Position numbers and translations under genes: made by a program
Part shown: positions 19,198 to 28,197 of the stretch, in pieces
How the letters are laid out: each line of letters opens with the position of its first letter
Position numbering within the stretch: position 1 is the first letter of the stretch
The notes under the pieces: model-generated
What the model saw: the letters and a program-made list of their open reading frames with translations, nothing else
What the model was told of the DNA's origin: nothing
Databases searched by the model: none
Assembly: GCA_050013715.1 (NCBI GenBank)
Contig: JBEKES010000005.1
Coordinates: forward strand, 1 to 35,421
Source of the DNA: Candidatus Micrarchaeaceae archaeon
GTDB taxonomy: Archaea > Micrarchaeota > Micrarchaeia > Micrarchaeales > Micrarchaeaceae
Length of the DNA: 35,421 nucleotides
Direction: 5' to 3'

Positions 19198-19710
19198 TTA
19201 TGCTTCTTTGCGCAATGTGCTTTCAGTTTGCTGTAATGTACTGGAATCTGTATTTGTATCTACTTTGATACCAACCACAAGTGAAGCAACATCTTCAGGA
19301 TTAAGATTTGCACCAAGGCAAAATCTGTCATTACCATAATCAAAACCACTAAAACTAAAGTACAAATGCCCATTGCCTTTTCTTGTGCTTACGCTTTGAT
19401 ACCATTCAAGAGACCATATACTTTCAATTTTGGCAAGTTCACCTTTTTCATCTATCCTAAATGATTTAGTTTGTTCTAAACCTTCTCCCTCAATCCAGAA
19501 CCATTTTCCCTTCAAAATTTTCCTTAATTCAGGATCTTGTGATAAATGAATAAGTACTTCCTGCTTTGTCATTGCACGATACCCGTTACTAATTAATTCT
19601 CTCATTGAACCTGAAAAATCTTCCTTTTCTTCTAATATGCCTATTGTTTTACCTAGACTTTGTATTTCTCTAAATTGTGCTTTTCTTTCTAGTAAGCTAG
19701 TAGTTGCCAT
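19198..19710 (-). CDS. Hypothetical protein (cassette cargo)
   Basis: 170 aa ORF with GTGATAAA-ATG leader and an upstream TATA-like element. Confidence 0.7.
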   Translation of the reverse strand: MATTSLLERKAQFREIQSLGKTIGILEEKEDFSGSMRELISNGYRAMTKQEVLIHLSQDPELRKILKGKWFWIEGEGLEQTKSFRIDEKGELAKIESIWSLEWYQSVSTRKGNGHLYFSFSGFDYGNDRFCLGANLNPEDVASLVVGIKVDTNTDSSTLQQTESTLRKEA

Positions 19711-19759
19711 TTTATCACGATATAATTATATTTATTATTAAATATGTAAATGTTCCTAC

Positions 19760-20332
19760 CTAATTTACAGTTGATTTGTCATCAGATTTTATACCACTAA
19801 CTCTTCTTACGAAATCCATCCAGACACCTAATGGTCTCGCATAAAACAAATCAATAACAGCACCACCTCCCACTCCCAAAAGTGTTTTTTTGATATTTCC
19901 ACTTGTAGCAATTGCAAGTTGGGCTGTATAGATAGCACTCCAGTAAAGCTCAGTTACTGCTATATCTGCAACGAACTTTACACGTTCGCTTGTGTTTTCG
20001 TTTATTTTCATTTTTTTAAAACACCAATCCCTAAATATCCCATAGGGCCTACTTGTGAAAGTACATAACACTAAACCTAATGCTCTTTGTTTAAGTAGCT
20101 CTTTGCCACTTATATGTGCTATAAATAATTCATTTGCTCCAAATACGACAGTACTTAAACTACTAACAGAGAAGGTATCAACAAGAAAATTATAACCTTT
20201 GCTCTTTCTAATTGATGAGTCTTCACTAATTCTAAGCATTGTAAGAAAATCAAAGTTGTTAACCTTCCTAATAAATCCTCTTGATTTTGTTTCTTTATTA
20301 GTACCATTAACTTGTTTAGTTTCTATCTGCAC
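19760..20332 (-). CDS. L-alanine exporter AlaE-like membrane protein (cassette cargo)
   Basis: VDTF...E.F......R......RPYGIFRD...ADI......Y...RPLGVWMDFVRR matches the AlaE/YgaW pattern as I recall it. Confidence 0.72.
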   Translation of the reverse strand: MQIETKQVNGTNKETKSRGFIRKVNNFDFLTMLRISEDSSIRKSKGYNFLVDTFSVSSLSTVVFGANELFIAHISGKELLKQRALGLVLCTFTSRPYGIFRDWCFKKMKINENTSERVKFVADIAVTELYWSAIYTAQLAIATSGNIKKTLLGVGGGAVIDLFYARPLGVWMDFVRRVSGIKSDDKSTVN

Positions 20333-20389
20333 TTTACCACAATATAATTACAAATTAGAAGATATATATAATTAACTAAATCAAAAAAT

Positions 20390-20503
20390 GGGATCCGAAC
20401 CCTAATTTCTTAGACGTGTTACTTCGAACCGCCGGGATAGGTCTCATATTCTAAGGTTAAGAGCCTAGTCTTTGTCTTATGATAAGGAATAGGGAATTCC
20501 TAA
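20390..20503. repeat. Cassette junction S3
   Basis: T-arm copy 20390-20409 (18/20 to 24055-24074), core 20430-20440, 38-bp block 20450-20487 identical to 21121-21158. Confidence 0.9.
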
Positions 20504-21027
20504 ACAGAAAATAAAGGTGGTTCATCCAAACCACTAGCCCATTTGAGAAGTTGACTCCTTGCTTTAGCTTCAAATAAAAATGATGGTTGTGATCCTAAGG
20601 TATCAGACCATGTTTGCTTAAATTCAAGTGAATAGTATAATTCTTTTGCACTCATATTTCTTACAATATCTTCCATATCTGGTCTAATCGCTTGTAATGA
20701 TTTTATTATATAACTATGTGCTGCAACATAATTGCCTTCGTAAGCGTATAAAAGTCCAATGCTTTCTAAATCTGAACTTAAATTCAATCTAGCTTCATAG
20801 AAAGGTATGCCAGAACCATCTTTTGCTTGTTTTTTTAGTTCTTTTTTGTCTATGTCTACTGCCCTTTTTAGAGTTCCAATGCTTTTGTCTAGTTTATCTT
20901 TGTCAGTTGAAACAAGCCTGATAAGTAGTTCTCTTGCCTCTTTAAATTTACCTTTTTCTTCCAGGTTTGTTACTTCCCTATCGATTTTTTGAGGATCTAT
21001 TTTAGTGTAGAAATGTTTCGTTGGCAT
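20500..21027 (-). CDS. Hypothetical helical (TPR-like) protein (cassette cargo)
   Basis: 175 aa ORF; SIGLLYAYEGNYVAAHSYIIKSL resembles a TPR. Confidence 0.65.
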   Translation of the reverse strand: MPTKHFYTKIDPQKIDREVTNLEEKGKFKEARELLIRLVSTDKDKLDKSIGTLKRAVDIDKKELKKQAKDGSGIPFYEARLNLSSDLESIGLLYAYEGNYVAAHSYIIKSLQAIRPDMEDIVRNMSAKELYYSLEFKQTWSDTLGSQPSFLFEAKARSQLLKWASGLDEPPLFSV

Positions 21028-21078
21028 TTTTATCTTATAAACTTATGACTAATACCCTTTAATAAGTTTGTTTAGATT

Positions 21079-21173
21079 GGGTTATTAACCTTAAACTATG
21101 CGCCGGGATAGGTATTATACTCTAAGGTTAAGAGCCTAGTCTTTGTCTTATGATAAGGGATAGGGAATACTAA
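21079..21173. repeat. Cassette junction S2
   Basis: Core 21101-21111 flanked by perfect IR ttaacctta (21085-21093) / taaggttaa (21123-21131). Confidence 0.9.
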
Positions 21174-21237
21174 ATCTTTTTAATAAAAGAAGAACTTATT
21201 ACCAAACAATTATATTATATTTATTACATTTAGTATT

Positions 21238-22839
21238 ATGGGTGTAATTATACTTTTTGGAGAGCCAGGATCGGGTAAGTCAACTATAGCTAAGGAGTTA
21301 AGAAAACAAATAAAGAACTCTAAAGTTGTTGAGGCTTCAAATTTAATTTATTCTGTTTCAGTATTTTACCCATATTTACCTAATTCTACTCAAGTATTAC
21401 TACATAAACTCAAAAACCAAAATTTTGAATTAAACAGTGTAAAAACAAATAGAGAAAAAGCCAGAAATATTAATTCAAAGTTACAAAGTAAATATTCAAA
21501 GGATTTTATAGGAAAAGCTTTAGATTACCTTTATATTAGCAATAACAAGGGCACTTTAATCCTTTCTGGAGCTAGAGGCTATGATACTGCAAAATATTTC
21601 AAAAATAAAGGTTATTTTGTAGTTTTTCTGAAAACCAAACACAATATTTTGATAAATAGATTAGCTAAAAAATACAATTATTCGAAAAATATGGCGATAG
21701 AGGAACTTGAAGAAGAAGATAGATTGTATTCGACTCAAAATATAGAGAAAATAGCAGATCTTGTTATAGATACATCTAAAGCTAAACTTGGAGAAACTAC
21801 ACTTAAAATAATAAATGCTATTCCTAAAGAAATAATTGAATGTAAAAGATGTGTTAATACAAATCAAAACCCAACCATAACCTTCAATAAAAATGGTTAT
21901 TGCAATGTATGTGATTCATACTTTAAGAATTACGATAAAAAAGTACTAGCCAATGAACTCAAATTTGTAAAATCTTTTATTGGAAAGGGTAAATACAAAT
22001 GGGATGCTATGGTTGGGGTTTCTGGTGGCAAAGATAGCACAAATACTTTGTATGAAACGTTGAAAATGGGTTTTAAACCACTTGCATTTACATTTGCAAT
22101 AGGTTATTACCCTAGACATATACTACGAAGAGGGCAAAGTATAGCTAAACATTTTGGAGTAGAACATGAAGTAATTGTTGTAAAGAAGTATATGAGAAAA
22201 TGTGATCTTAAATCTTACAAGAAAACTGCTGAATTATATGATAGACCAGAATCAGAAGAACTTAAAAAGAGATTTAGGAATTTGTATATCGAAGGACGTA
22301 GACATTACTCAATAAAATGCAAACATGCATTGCCTTTCGTAAGAACGTGTCAACTTTGTAGACGTTTAGTGATACGCGGCTATTATGCAGAAGCATTAAA
22401 GCATGGAGTTAATTTAGTTATTATAGGTATAAACGAATGGGCAGGTTTTAGTCAACTTTATTCTAAAAATGAATTTAAAATGTCAGGGATCAGAAAACTC
22501 AAACCTTACAAGAATAAACCAGCAGTTTATGTTATTCATTTACCATTTTTATTACAACAAAATTCTAAAAAGGTAGCTAAAGCACTCAAAGAATTAAATT
22601 GGAAATTACCTAGAGGAGAAGAATTAATTGAATCAAATCCAAATTCTTGCTTATTTGCCAGAGCTGCACAATACAAAGCCGCAAGGATGTTAGGATTCAA
22701 TCCAGATACAACTAGACTTGCCAGAGAAGTAACTGTAGGTTTTATAAGCAAAAATCAAGCAAGAAGTGCGTTACAAAAAGTAACAAAATATAGATATTCT
22801 GTTTCTCATGTACTTAAAAAAGCAAAAATAATAATGTAA
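21238..22839 (+). CDS. Fusion of a P-loop NMP/dephospho-CoA-kinase-like domain and a PP-loop N-acetyl-sugar amidotransferase-like domain (cassette cargo)
   Basis: GEPGSGKS; then CKRC, CNVC, SGGKDS, CQLC. Confidence 0.75.
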   Translation: MGVIILFGEPGSGKSTIAKELRKQIKNSKVVEASNLIYSVSVFYPYLPNSTQVLLHKLKNQNFELNSVKTNREKARNINSKLQSKYSKDFIGKALDYLYISNNKGTLILSGARGYDTAKYFKNKGYFVVFLKTKHNILINRLAKKYNYSKNMAIEELEEEDRLYSTQNIEKIADLVIDTSKAKLGETTLKIINAIPKEIIECKRCVNTNQNPTITFNKNGYCNVCDSYFKNYDKKVLANELKFVKSFIGKGKYKWDAMVGVSGGKDSTNTLYETLKMGFKPLAFTFAIGYYPRHILRRGQSIAKHFGVEHEVIVVKKYMRKCDLKSYKKTAELYDRPESEELKKRFRNLYIEGRRHYSIKCKHALPFVRTCQLCRRLVIRGYYAEALKHGVNLVIIGINEWAGFSQLYSKNEFKMSGIRKLKPYKNKPAVYVIHLPFLLQQNSKKVAKALKELNWKLPRGEELIESNPNSCLFARAAQYKAARMLGFNPDTTRLAREVTVGFISKNQARSALQKVTKYRYSVSHVLKKAKIIM

Positions 22840-22893
22840 TCAAATTTTTATTTATTGATTCCACAAATTTGTAATTAGATTAATTCGAAAATA

Positions 22894-22925
22894 GGATATG
22901 AACCTTAAATCTATCGCCGGGATAG
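22894..22925. repeat. Cassette junction S1
   Basis: ggatatgaaccttaa (13/15 to the tRNA T-arm) followed by core cgccgggatag 22915-22925. Confidence 0.85.
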
Positions 22926-23070
22926 AGCGGTAGTACCAGAGGGGCTATGTCTCATAAGTTTAGACATAGTATTACCATATTTAATAAGAAGCCATATTTT
23001 GTATCAATTCACAATGCATATGACTTAATGTACAAACGTATCTTGAAAATAAAAATATGTAAATTCTTAA

Positions 23071-23970
23071 TTATTTTCTTAAACTCATTTTCCATATATT
23101 CATTCTTTTTGTTGCTTCATCAACTTCTCTTATTTTATCTGGATCAGTAAATAGTTTTCTTGTAGAAGATAAATCAGAAACAAGCTCGCCCATAGAGTAT
23201 ATTTCATAAACAAATCCTAACCGTGTAAAGAATTCGTGGCTTTCTTCACGATCTGTAAAGTAAAAAGATTCTAAATCTCTACTGAACTTTCTAGTCCAAT
23301 TCTTTTTTTGTTCTTCTGATCTGGCTCCCAGCTTATTCCATTCTGCCATCTCCTCTTTATGATGAATATCTGGTGTGATGTAGAATCCACCATATTTCTC
23401 TAAAAGCATCTTTGCATTTATAGCTATTTTTTCTTTTGTTGGATGTGGATAATAAGTATAAAGTCCCTCATGAACGACAGCTATTGGAGCATGTATGCTT
23501 AAGTTTTGTGTAATGTTTTCAAATCCTTCGCCCGAAATTGCATCAAATCCAACAAAAGCAGGCATTCTACCTTGCTTAGTTAAAAGCTTCTTTGCATAGC
23601 ACCACATCTGTTCTAATGCTTCTGGATCTTGATCAGTATGCACGAAATTCCATTGTGGATTAATTATGCCCCTTAATGATCTGCCTGCTGCAAATTCAAC
23701 AACCTGATCAACTCCACTTGATTTTATCAATGTATCAATCGCTTTGTAGCGTGCCTCAAACCAAGGAATTCTTGTTTCTATGTTGCCCATTATGGCTTTG
23801 TCTTGCTCATATGCTTCTTCTGCTCTAATTAATTTAGCAAATTCCGCAGCTAAAGGGATATCAGAAAAACTCCTAAAATAAGTAGTATATAAGTTTGTAT
23901 TTTGAACTACTTTTGAAGGTTTTTCAATTTCTGCAGATGCGGTACTCTGTTTATTATTTGATATATTCAT
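23071..23970 (-). CDS. Class I SAM-dependent methyltransferase-like protein (LCM/COG3315-like; cassette cargo)
   Basis: FEARYKAID, QVVEFAAG, HTD, VHEGLYTY. Confidence 0.7.
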   Translation of the reverse strand: MNISNNKQSTASAEIEKPSKVVQNTNLYTTYFRSFSDIPLAAEFAKLIRAEEAYEQDKAIMGNIETRIPWFEARYKAIDTLIKSSGVDQVVEFAAGRSLRGIINPQWNFVHTDQDPEALEQMWCYAKKLLTKQGRMPAFVGFDAISGEGFENITQNLSIHAPIAVVHEGLYTYYPHPTKEKIAINAKMLLEKYGGFYITPDIHHKEEMAEWNKLGARSEEQKKNWTRKFSRDLESFYFTDREESHEFFTRLGFVYEIYSMGELVSDLSSTRKLFTDPDKIREVDEATKRMNIWKMSLRK

Positions 23971-24044
23971 TTTACCACATTTAAATTTGCTTTATTAGAT
24001 ATTTATACCTTGCGTAGGCTTTTACAGTCGATTTGTCGTCGGAC

Positions 24045-24141
24045 CGCCGGGATAGGGATTTGAACCCTAATTTCCTTGCGGAAACCAGATCTCGAGTTTC
24101 GCCTATTTATCTGGCGCGTTACCGGATTCCGCCATCCCGGC
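24045..24141 (-). tRNA. tRNA-Ser(CGA) with 13-nt non-canonical 30/31 intron (24098-24110)
   Basis: GCCGGGA/TCCCGGC-G, long variable arm TTTCC-GCAA-GGAAA, spliced arm CCAGA-CT-CGA-GA-TCTGG; BHB helix CGCC/GGCG with AGA and AAA bulges. Confidence 0.92.
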
Positions 24142-24204
24142 ATGTGTAACACTTAAATATGAGTGATTAATAATACTTTAAATGTATAGATAATTCGTGA
24201 ATAA

Positions 24205-24516
24205 ATGATTTATATAAAAATCCACAACACAGACAATGGAGACATTGTTGCCATGTGTGATTCTTCGCTCATAGACAAGGTATTGGCAGAGGGAGAGGTG
24301 GAAATAAACATAAAGGACTATTCTGAGTTTTATAAAGGAGAATTAGTCGAAGCAGGCAAAGTCCCAAAGATGATAAATTTAGGGCATCTTTTTTCTGCAA
24401 ACATTGTGGGCAAGGAATCAGTTGATGCGGCAATAAAATGCAGCATAATAGACAAGAACAACGTATTGAAAGTCAATAAAATTCCTTACGCCAACGCATT
24501 CAGATTGAAGTACTAA
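24205..24516 (+). CDS. DUF424 family protein
   Basis: IVAMCD..L, FYKGE, ANIVGKESV..A, IPYA. Confidence 0.8.
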   Translation: MIYIKIHNTDNGDIVAMCDSSLIDKVLAEGEVEINIKDYSEFYKGELVEAGKVPKMINLGHLFSANIVGKESVDAAIKCSIIDKNNVLKVNKIPYANAFRLKY

Positions 24517-24863
24517 TTTTTCTCTTCAGTTAGATCAATAATAGTCTGCGCTATGTCGCCATTGTTTTTTTCTAACGCTTCTTTTATGTGCTCTTTATCT
24601 TCAATACCAGTTCTCTCCGCAACAAGCGACACATCTTCATCAGTTATTGTAGGTGCAGTATTCTTCTGGACTTCTTTTATATCGCCGCTTATCTGAAAGC
24701 TAATTGTTCCCTGTGCTTCTATCTTCGTTATTTGCGGATTGTCTATTATTATGTTGACTTCGCTGGTTTCTATCACAACTCTCTCCGCAGGTATCTCCGA
24801 TGATTTGATACCCATTTTTGCCATTAGGTTTCGCATCGTCCTAGGATCCATATTCGGCATCAT
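24513..24863 (-). CDS. nac: Nascent polypeptide-associated complex protein
   Basis: MDPR.M..LM.KMGI, FQISG, UBA-like DVSLVAE...GDIAQTI. Confidence 0.92.
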   Translation of the reverse strand: MMPNMDPRTMRNLMAKMGIKSSEIPAERVVIETSEVNIIIDNPQITKIEAQGTISFQISGDIKEVQKNTAPTITDEDVSLVAERTGIEDKEHIKEALEKNNGDIAQTIIDLTEEKN

Positions 24864-24977
24864 AAGTATCACAAATTACTAGTAGTAATTTACCATTTAA
24901 TTATTATTAAGGTTTCTTTTGGATAGTTTTTTTACAAATATTATTTTAAATATTGATTGATAATTAATTCTGATATT

Positions 24978-25382
24978 ATGGATAAAAAAGTCAAAACCAA
25001 GAACATAAGGCAATCTGTAGTTTTTGATGCAGAGCCGAAAGAGGTTTATGAGCTAATAATGGATTCGAAGAAGCACGTTGCATTTTCAGAGGGTGCCGCA
25101 AAAATTAGCAGGAAGGTTGGAGGGAATTTCACAGCCTATGACGGTTGGATAACCGGCAAAAACATAAGAATAGCTCCGAATAAGCTGATAGTGCAGAAAT
25201 GGAGGGGCGACGACTGGCCAAAGGGGCATTATTCCATTGTAACGTTTAAATTCATAAAAAAAGGAAAGGGCACAAAGCTTGAATTTACTCAGAAAGGAGT
25301 TCCTTCAGATAAATACAAGGACATAACAAGCGGATGGAAGGAGCATTACTGGGAAAAGATGAAGAATTATTTGAAGGAGTAG
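24978..25382 (+). CDS. SRPBCC/AHSA1-like protein
   Basis: EVYELIMD, VGGNF, IVQKWR, GWKEHYWEKMK. Confidence 0.85.
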   Translation: MDKKVKTKNIRQSVVFDAEPKEVYELIMDSKKHVAFSEGAAKISRKVGGNFTAYDGWITGKNIRIAPNKLIVQKWRGDDWPKGHYSIVTFKFIKKGKGTKLEFTQKGVPSDKYKDITSGWKEHYWEKMKNYLKE

Positions 25383-25383
25383 C

Positions 25384-27129
25384 TCACTTGCCGTATATAT
25401 CTGTCTTTCCCCTTAGTGCTGATGCTATTGCACCCAGCAGCGAAAGTGCTGCGGCAAAGTACAGTACTATTTTTATGCCCTGAGTAAATGATTGGGATAT
25501 CAGCATTGGGAAGAATGTTGTTCCTGTTATTGTGGCTGCCTGCTTTGCCGTAAGATTTGAAAGCAATGATTGAGGTAACAGAGTCTTCAATGGATTATAG
25601 CCAAGAAATGCTGCGAACAATGCAGATGTAGGAGGAATCTTCGACGCTGCAAGCGCCCGCGCACTGTTTACACCTTGACCTACAAGGCCATTGTATATCG
25701 ATGTCGACATGGTAGCAGTCAATCCAGTTACAAGCAACGTGAAGAATATTATTATGCTGAACATCATTGACATGTAACCGAATGTCCTTGCCATTCCTGA
25801 ACCTGCTCCCCGCTGCTCGGGGGGCAATGAATTCATTATGCTTGCGGCATTTGGCGAGAGGAACATTCCCTGTCCTATACCCATTAGAAGAGTTATGGGT
25901 ATGAAGTAGAATATGTTGAAATTAGTTGGAAGTGTGGAAAGCCATAGGAACGCAACAACGTTTATGAGCATTCCTCCAGTTGCCAATAGCGTAGGTCCGT
26001 ATTTGTCAGATAATTTGCCGGATATGGGTCCAAATATCAGGAATGCGATTGTCAAAGGCAATAGATAAAGCGCTGCTACGAATGGTGTTCTCTCAAAGCT
26101 CACCCCATGCAAGGGAAGCCATATGCCCTGCAGCCATATTATTATCATGAACTCAAGGCCCCATCTTGCTACCCCAGCAAGGAAATTGCTTGACATGGCA
26201 AGGGAAAATGCCTTGTGCTTGAAGAGCTTCAAATTAAACATTGGGTCTTCCACTCGCAACTCTATGGCAATAAATGCAAAGAATAGGATAATTCCAGTTA
26301 TCAATCCGCCTAGTACGAACGGATTGCTCCAGCCAGTTTGCGAAGTGCCGTAAGGTATAAGCGAGTATGTTATTGATATCAGTATAAAGGCAAGAGCCAA
26401 TGCAAAGGTAATGTTTCCAGGTATGTCCAGCTTTCTGCCTTTCTTTATTGTAGCTATTTCATGCAATGCAAGATATGACCATATAGCTCCTACTATTCCT
26501 ATGGGAACGCTTATGAGGAAGATCAGATGCCAGTCTATTGCTGCAAGAACTCCTCCCACAAGAAGGCCTATGGCGCTTCCTCCTGCAAATGCTACTCCGT
26601 TTATTCCCAGTGCCATTCCTCGTTCATTGTGAGGGAACGCATCGGTAAGCATTGCGGCGCTGTTTGCTATAAGGAAGCTGCCGCCAAATGCTTGAAGCAA
26701 TCTTAGTATTATTATTGCAAGCGCGCCATTCGTCCCGTGAATCAAATAGGATGAAGCATAAATCAGCGTTGAAGTAAGTGCAAATATCATGAATCCGAAG
26801 TTGTAGAGCTTTACTCTTCCGTAGGTATCTGCGAATCGTCCTATGGAAACTATCAGCACCGCTGACATTATTATATAACCGAGAAGAATCCATAGAAGAA
26901 GACCTATATTTGAAGGTATTAGAGGATTTACACCCAAACCAGTGAATATTGCTGGCAATGAGATTAGAACAATAGAGCTGTCAATCGAAGCCATAAGAGA
27001 GCCAAGTGTTGTATTGGAAAGCACAATCCATTTGTAATTCACACCGAACTTCTTCTCCTTTTCGCGTGCGCTTTCATCGTACTTGAGAGCATCCTTGCCA
27101 CTAACTTCAACGGGTTCAAAGCTCTCCAT
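25384..27129 (-). CDS. MFS transporter (DHA2/EmrB-like)
   Basis: IDSSIVLISLP, GRFADTYGR, ERGMALG, WHLIFLISVPIG, GKLSDKYG. Confidence 0.92.
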   Translation of the reverse strand: MESFEPVEVSGKDALKYDESAREKEKKFGVNYKWIVLSNTTLGSLMASIDSSIVLISLPAIFTGLGVNPLIPSNIGLLLWILLGYIIMSAVLIVSIGRFADTYGRVKLYNFGFMIFALTSTLIYASSYLIHGTNGALAIIILRLLQAFGGSFLIANSAAMLTDAFPHNERGMALGINGVAFAGGSAIGLLVGGVLAAIDWHLIFLISVPIGIVGAIWSYLALHEIATIKKGRKLDIPGNITFALALAFILISITYSLIPYGTSQTGWSNPFVLGGLITGIILFFAFIAIELRVEDPMFNLKLFKHKAFSLAMSSNFLAGVARWGLEFMIIIWLQGIWLPLHGVSFERTPFVAALYLLPLTIAFLIFGPISGKLSDKYGPTLLATGGMLINVVAFLWLSTLPTNFNIFYFIPITLLMGIGQGMFLSPNAASIMNSLPPEQRGAGSGMARTFGYMSMMFSIIIFFTLLVTGLTATMSTSIYNGLVGQGVNSARALAASKIPPTSALFAAFLGYNPLKTLLPQSLLSNLTAKQAATITGTTFFPMLISQSFTQGIKIVLYFAAALSLLGAIASALRGKTDIYGK

Positions 27130-27198
27130 ATGCTAAAAGTTTGTTGCAACAGTTATAAATTCTGATGCGTAGGAAAAGAGAAGACAAGGAAAATTATC

Positions 27199-27654
27199 TC
27201 AACCGTATTTCTTGTTGTAAAAATCAAGTGCCTTTTGGGCCAAAGCCTCATCGGCATTTACTCCGAGTGATCCTACCAGCTTAACAATATTTTTTATGCT
27301 ATGTTCTTTTCCTAATATTACCAAAAAGTATATGGAGTAAACATATATCACAACATTTTCATTATTTACGTCTAGTAAAACATTCATTAGCTTTTCGTCT
27401 GGTTTTATTCCAATCGCATTCAATACTTTCGACATATTTTCTGTATTGATGTCCCTGCCGAGCAAATTAAGAAATCCGGAAAGATACAGATAAGGCTGTA
27501 TTTTCTTCTCATTGATGTGCTTGATTACAGTTTCATCATCCAATAATTTCCCGGCACCATCCAGTAATACATCGGAAGAAACAGTAGATATTTGCTCGAT
27601 TATGCTTTTGAACAACTGCATGTATATTTTCTTTTTGCTTTCCTCACTATCCAT
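27199..27654 (-). CDS. Protein with two tandem aP1/L12-like N-terminal domains
   Basis: YLY...L...G.DINTENMSKVLNAIGIKPDE and YVY...L...GKE.S..NIVKLVGSLGVNADE resemble the archaeal P1 N-terminus. Confidence 0.65.
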   Translation of the reverse strand: MDSEESKKKIYMQLFKSIIEQISTVSSDVLLDGAGKLLDDETVIKHINEKKIQPYLYLSGFLNLLGRDINTENMSKVLNAIGIKPDEKLMNVLLDVNNENVVIYVYSIYFLVILGKEHSIKNIVKLVGSLGVNADEALAQKALDFYNKKYG

Positions 27655-27749
27655 CAAATCTTAGAAGATTTCTAATGGAAGATTTAATAATGTTGCTTTT
27701 AGTAATGGACTCGCGGACTTACGAGAGTGGGTTTGTAGTAGAAACATAG

Positions 27750-27977
27750 TCAAATAGCATTAAACGATGCTATATTCCGCTTAGGATTTCTTAAGTTTTT
27801 TGCTTCTTCTCGAAGTGCCACCAAACCAAATTCGCCATGTACACGAATGGGTCTTAAAAATCTTTTAGTGTTTTCATCCGATGGTCCTTTGATTACTCTC
27901 CTAACATGCCTTAGAGCTTTCCTTATATCACTGATTTTTCTTGCCATGTCATTTCGCGTAGTTAGAGTATCAGCCAT
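27750..27977 (-). CDS. Small basic hypothetical protein (cassette cargo)
   Basis: 75 aa ORF, GTGGTAATTT-ATG leader, TTTAAATA upstream. Confidence 0.6.
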   Translation of the reverse strand: MADTLTTRNDMARKISDIRKALRHVRRVIKGPSDENTKRFLRPIRVHGEFGLVALREEAKNLRNPKRNIASFNAI

Positions 27978-28063
27978 AAATTACCACTAATTAGATATTG
28001 CTTGTGTTTTTATTTAAAACTTTATGTAATGGGAGTGAATTTGCCTTCCCAGATAACTGAAAA

Positions 28064-28176
28064 TGGACTCTGCGTACCTCTCACATCACGTAGGAATTAA
28101 CTTATGGTATAAAATGACATACTTTGATACCTTTTGATATATTCTATTGAAAGATACTTATAAATATTTCCTGAAA
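28064..28176 (+). repeat. Core plus conserved cassette left end (copy 1) containing a TATA box
   Basis: Aligns with 29838-29953; ttataaata at 28158. Confidence 0.92.
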
Positions 28177-28197
28177 CATATTATTTTGAGTGAGAAA

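Larger units (their letters stand above)
19155..24055. mobile_element. Array of four cassettes at the tRNA-Ser 3' end
   Basis: cgccgggatag at 20430, 21101, 22915 and 24045 (tRNA); degenerate copy at 19155 (cgccagtatatgtattata versus cgccgggataggtattata). Confidence 0.8.

Noticed and set aside
22947..23150. 67-aa plus-strand ORF
   Set aside because: It overlaps the methyltransferase 3' end and has low-complexity composition. The region looks like a cassette end with an 8-bp IR (22945-22952/22962-22969).
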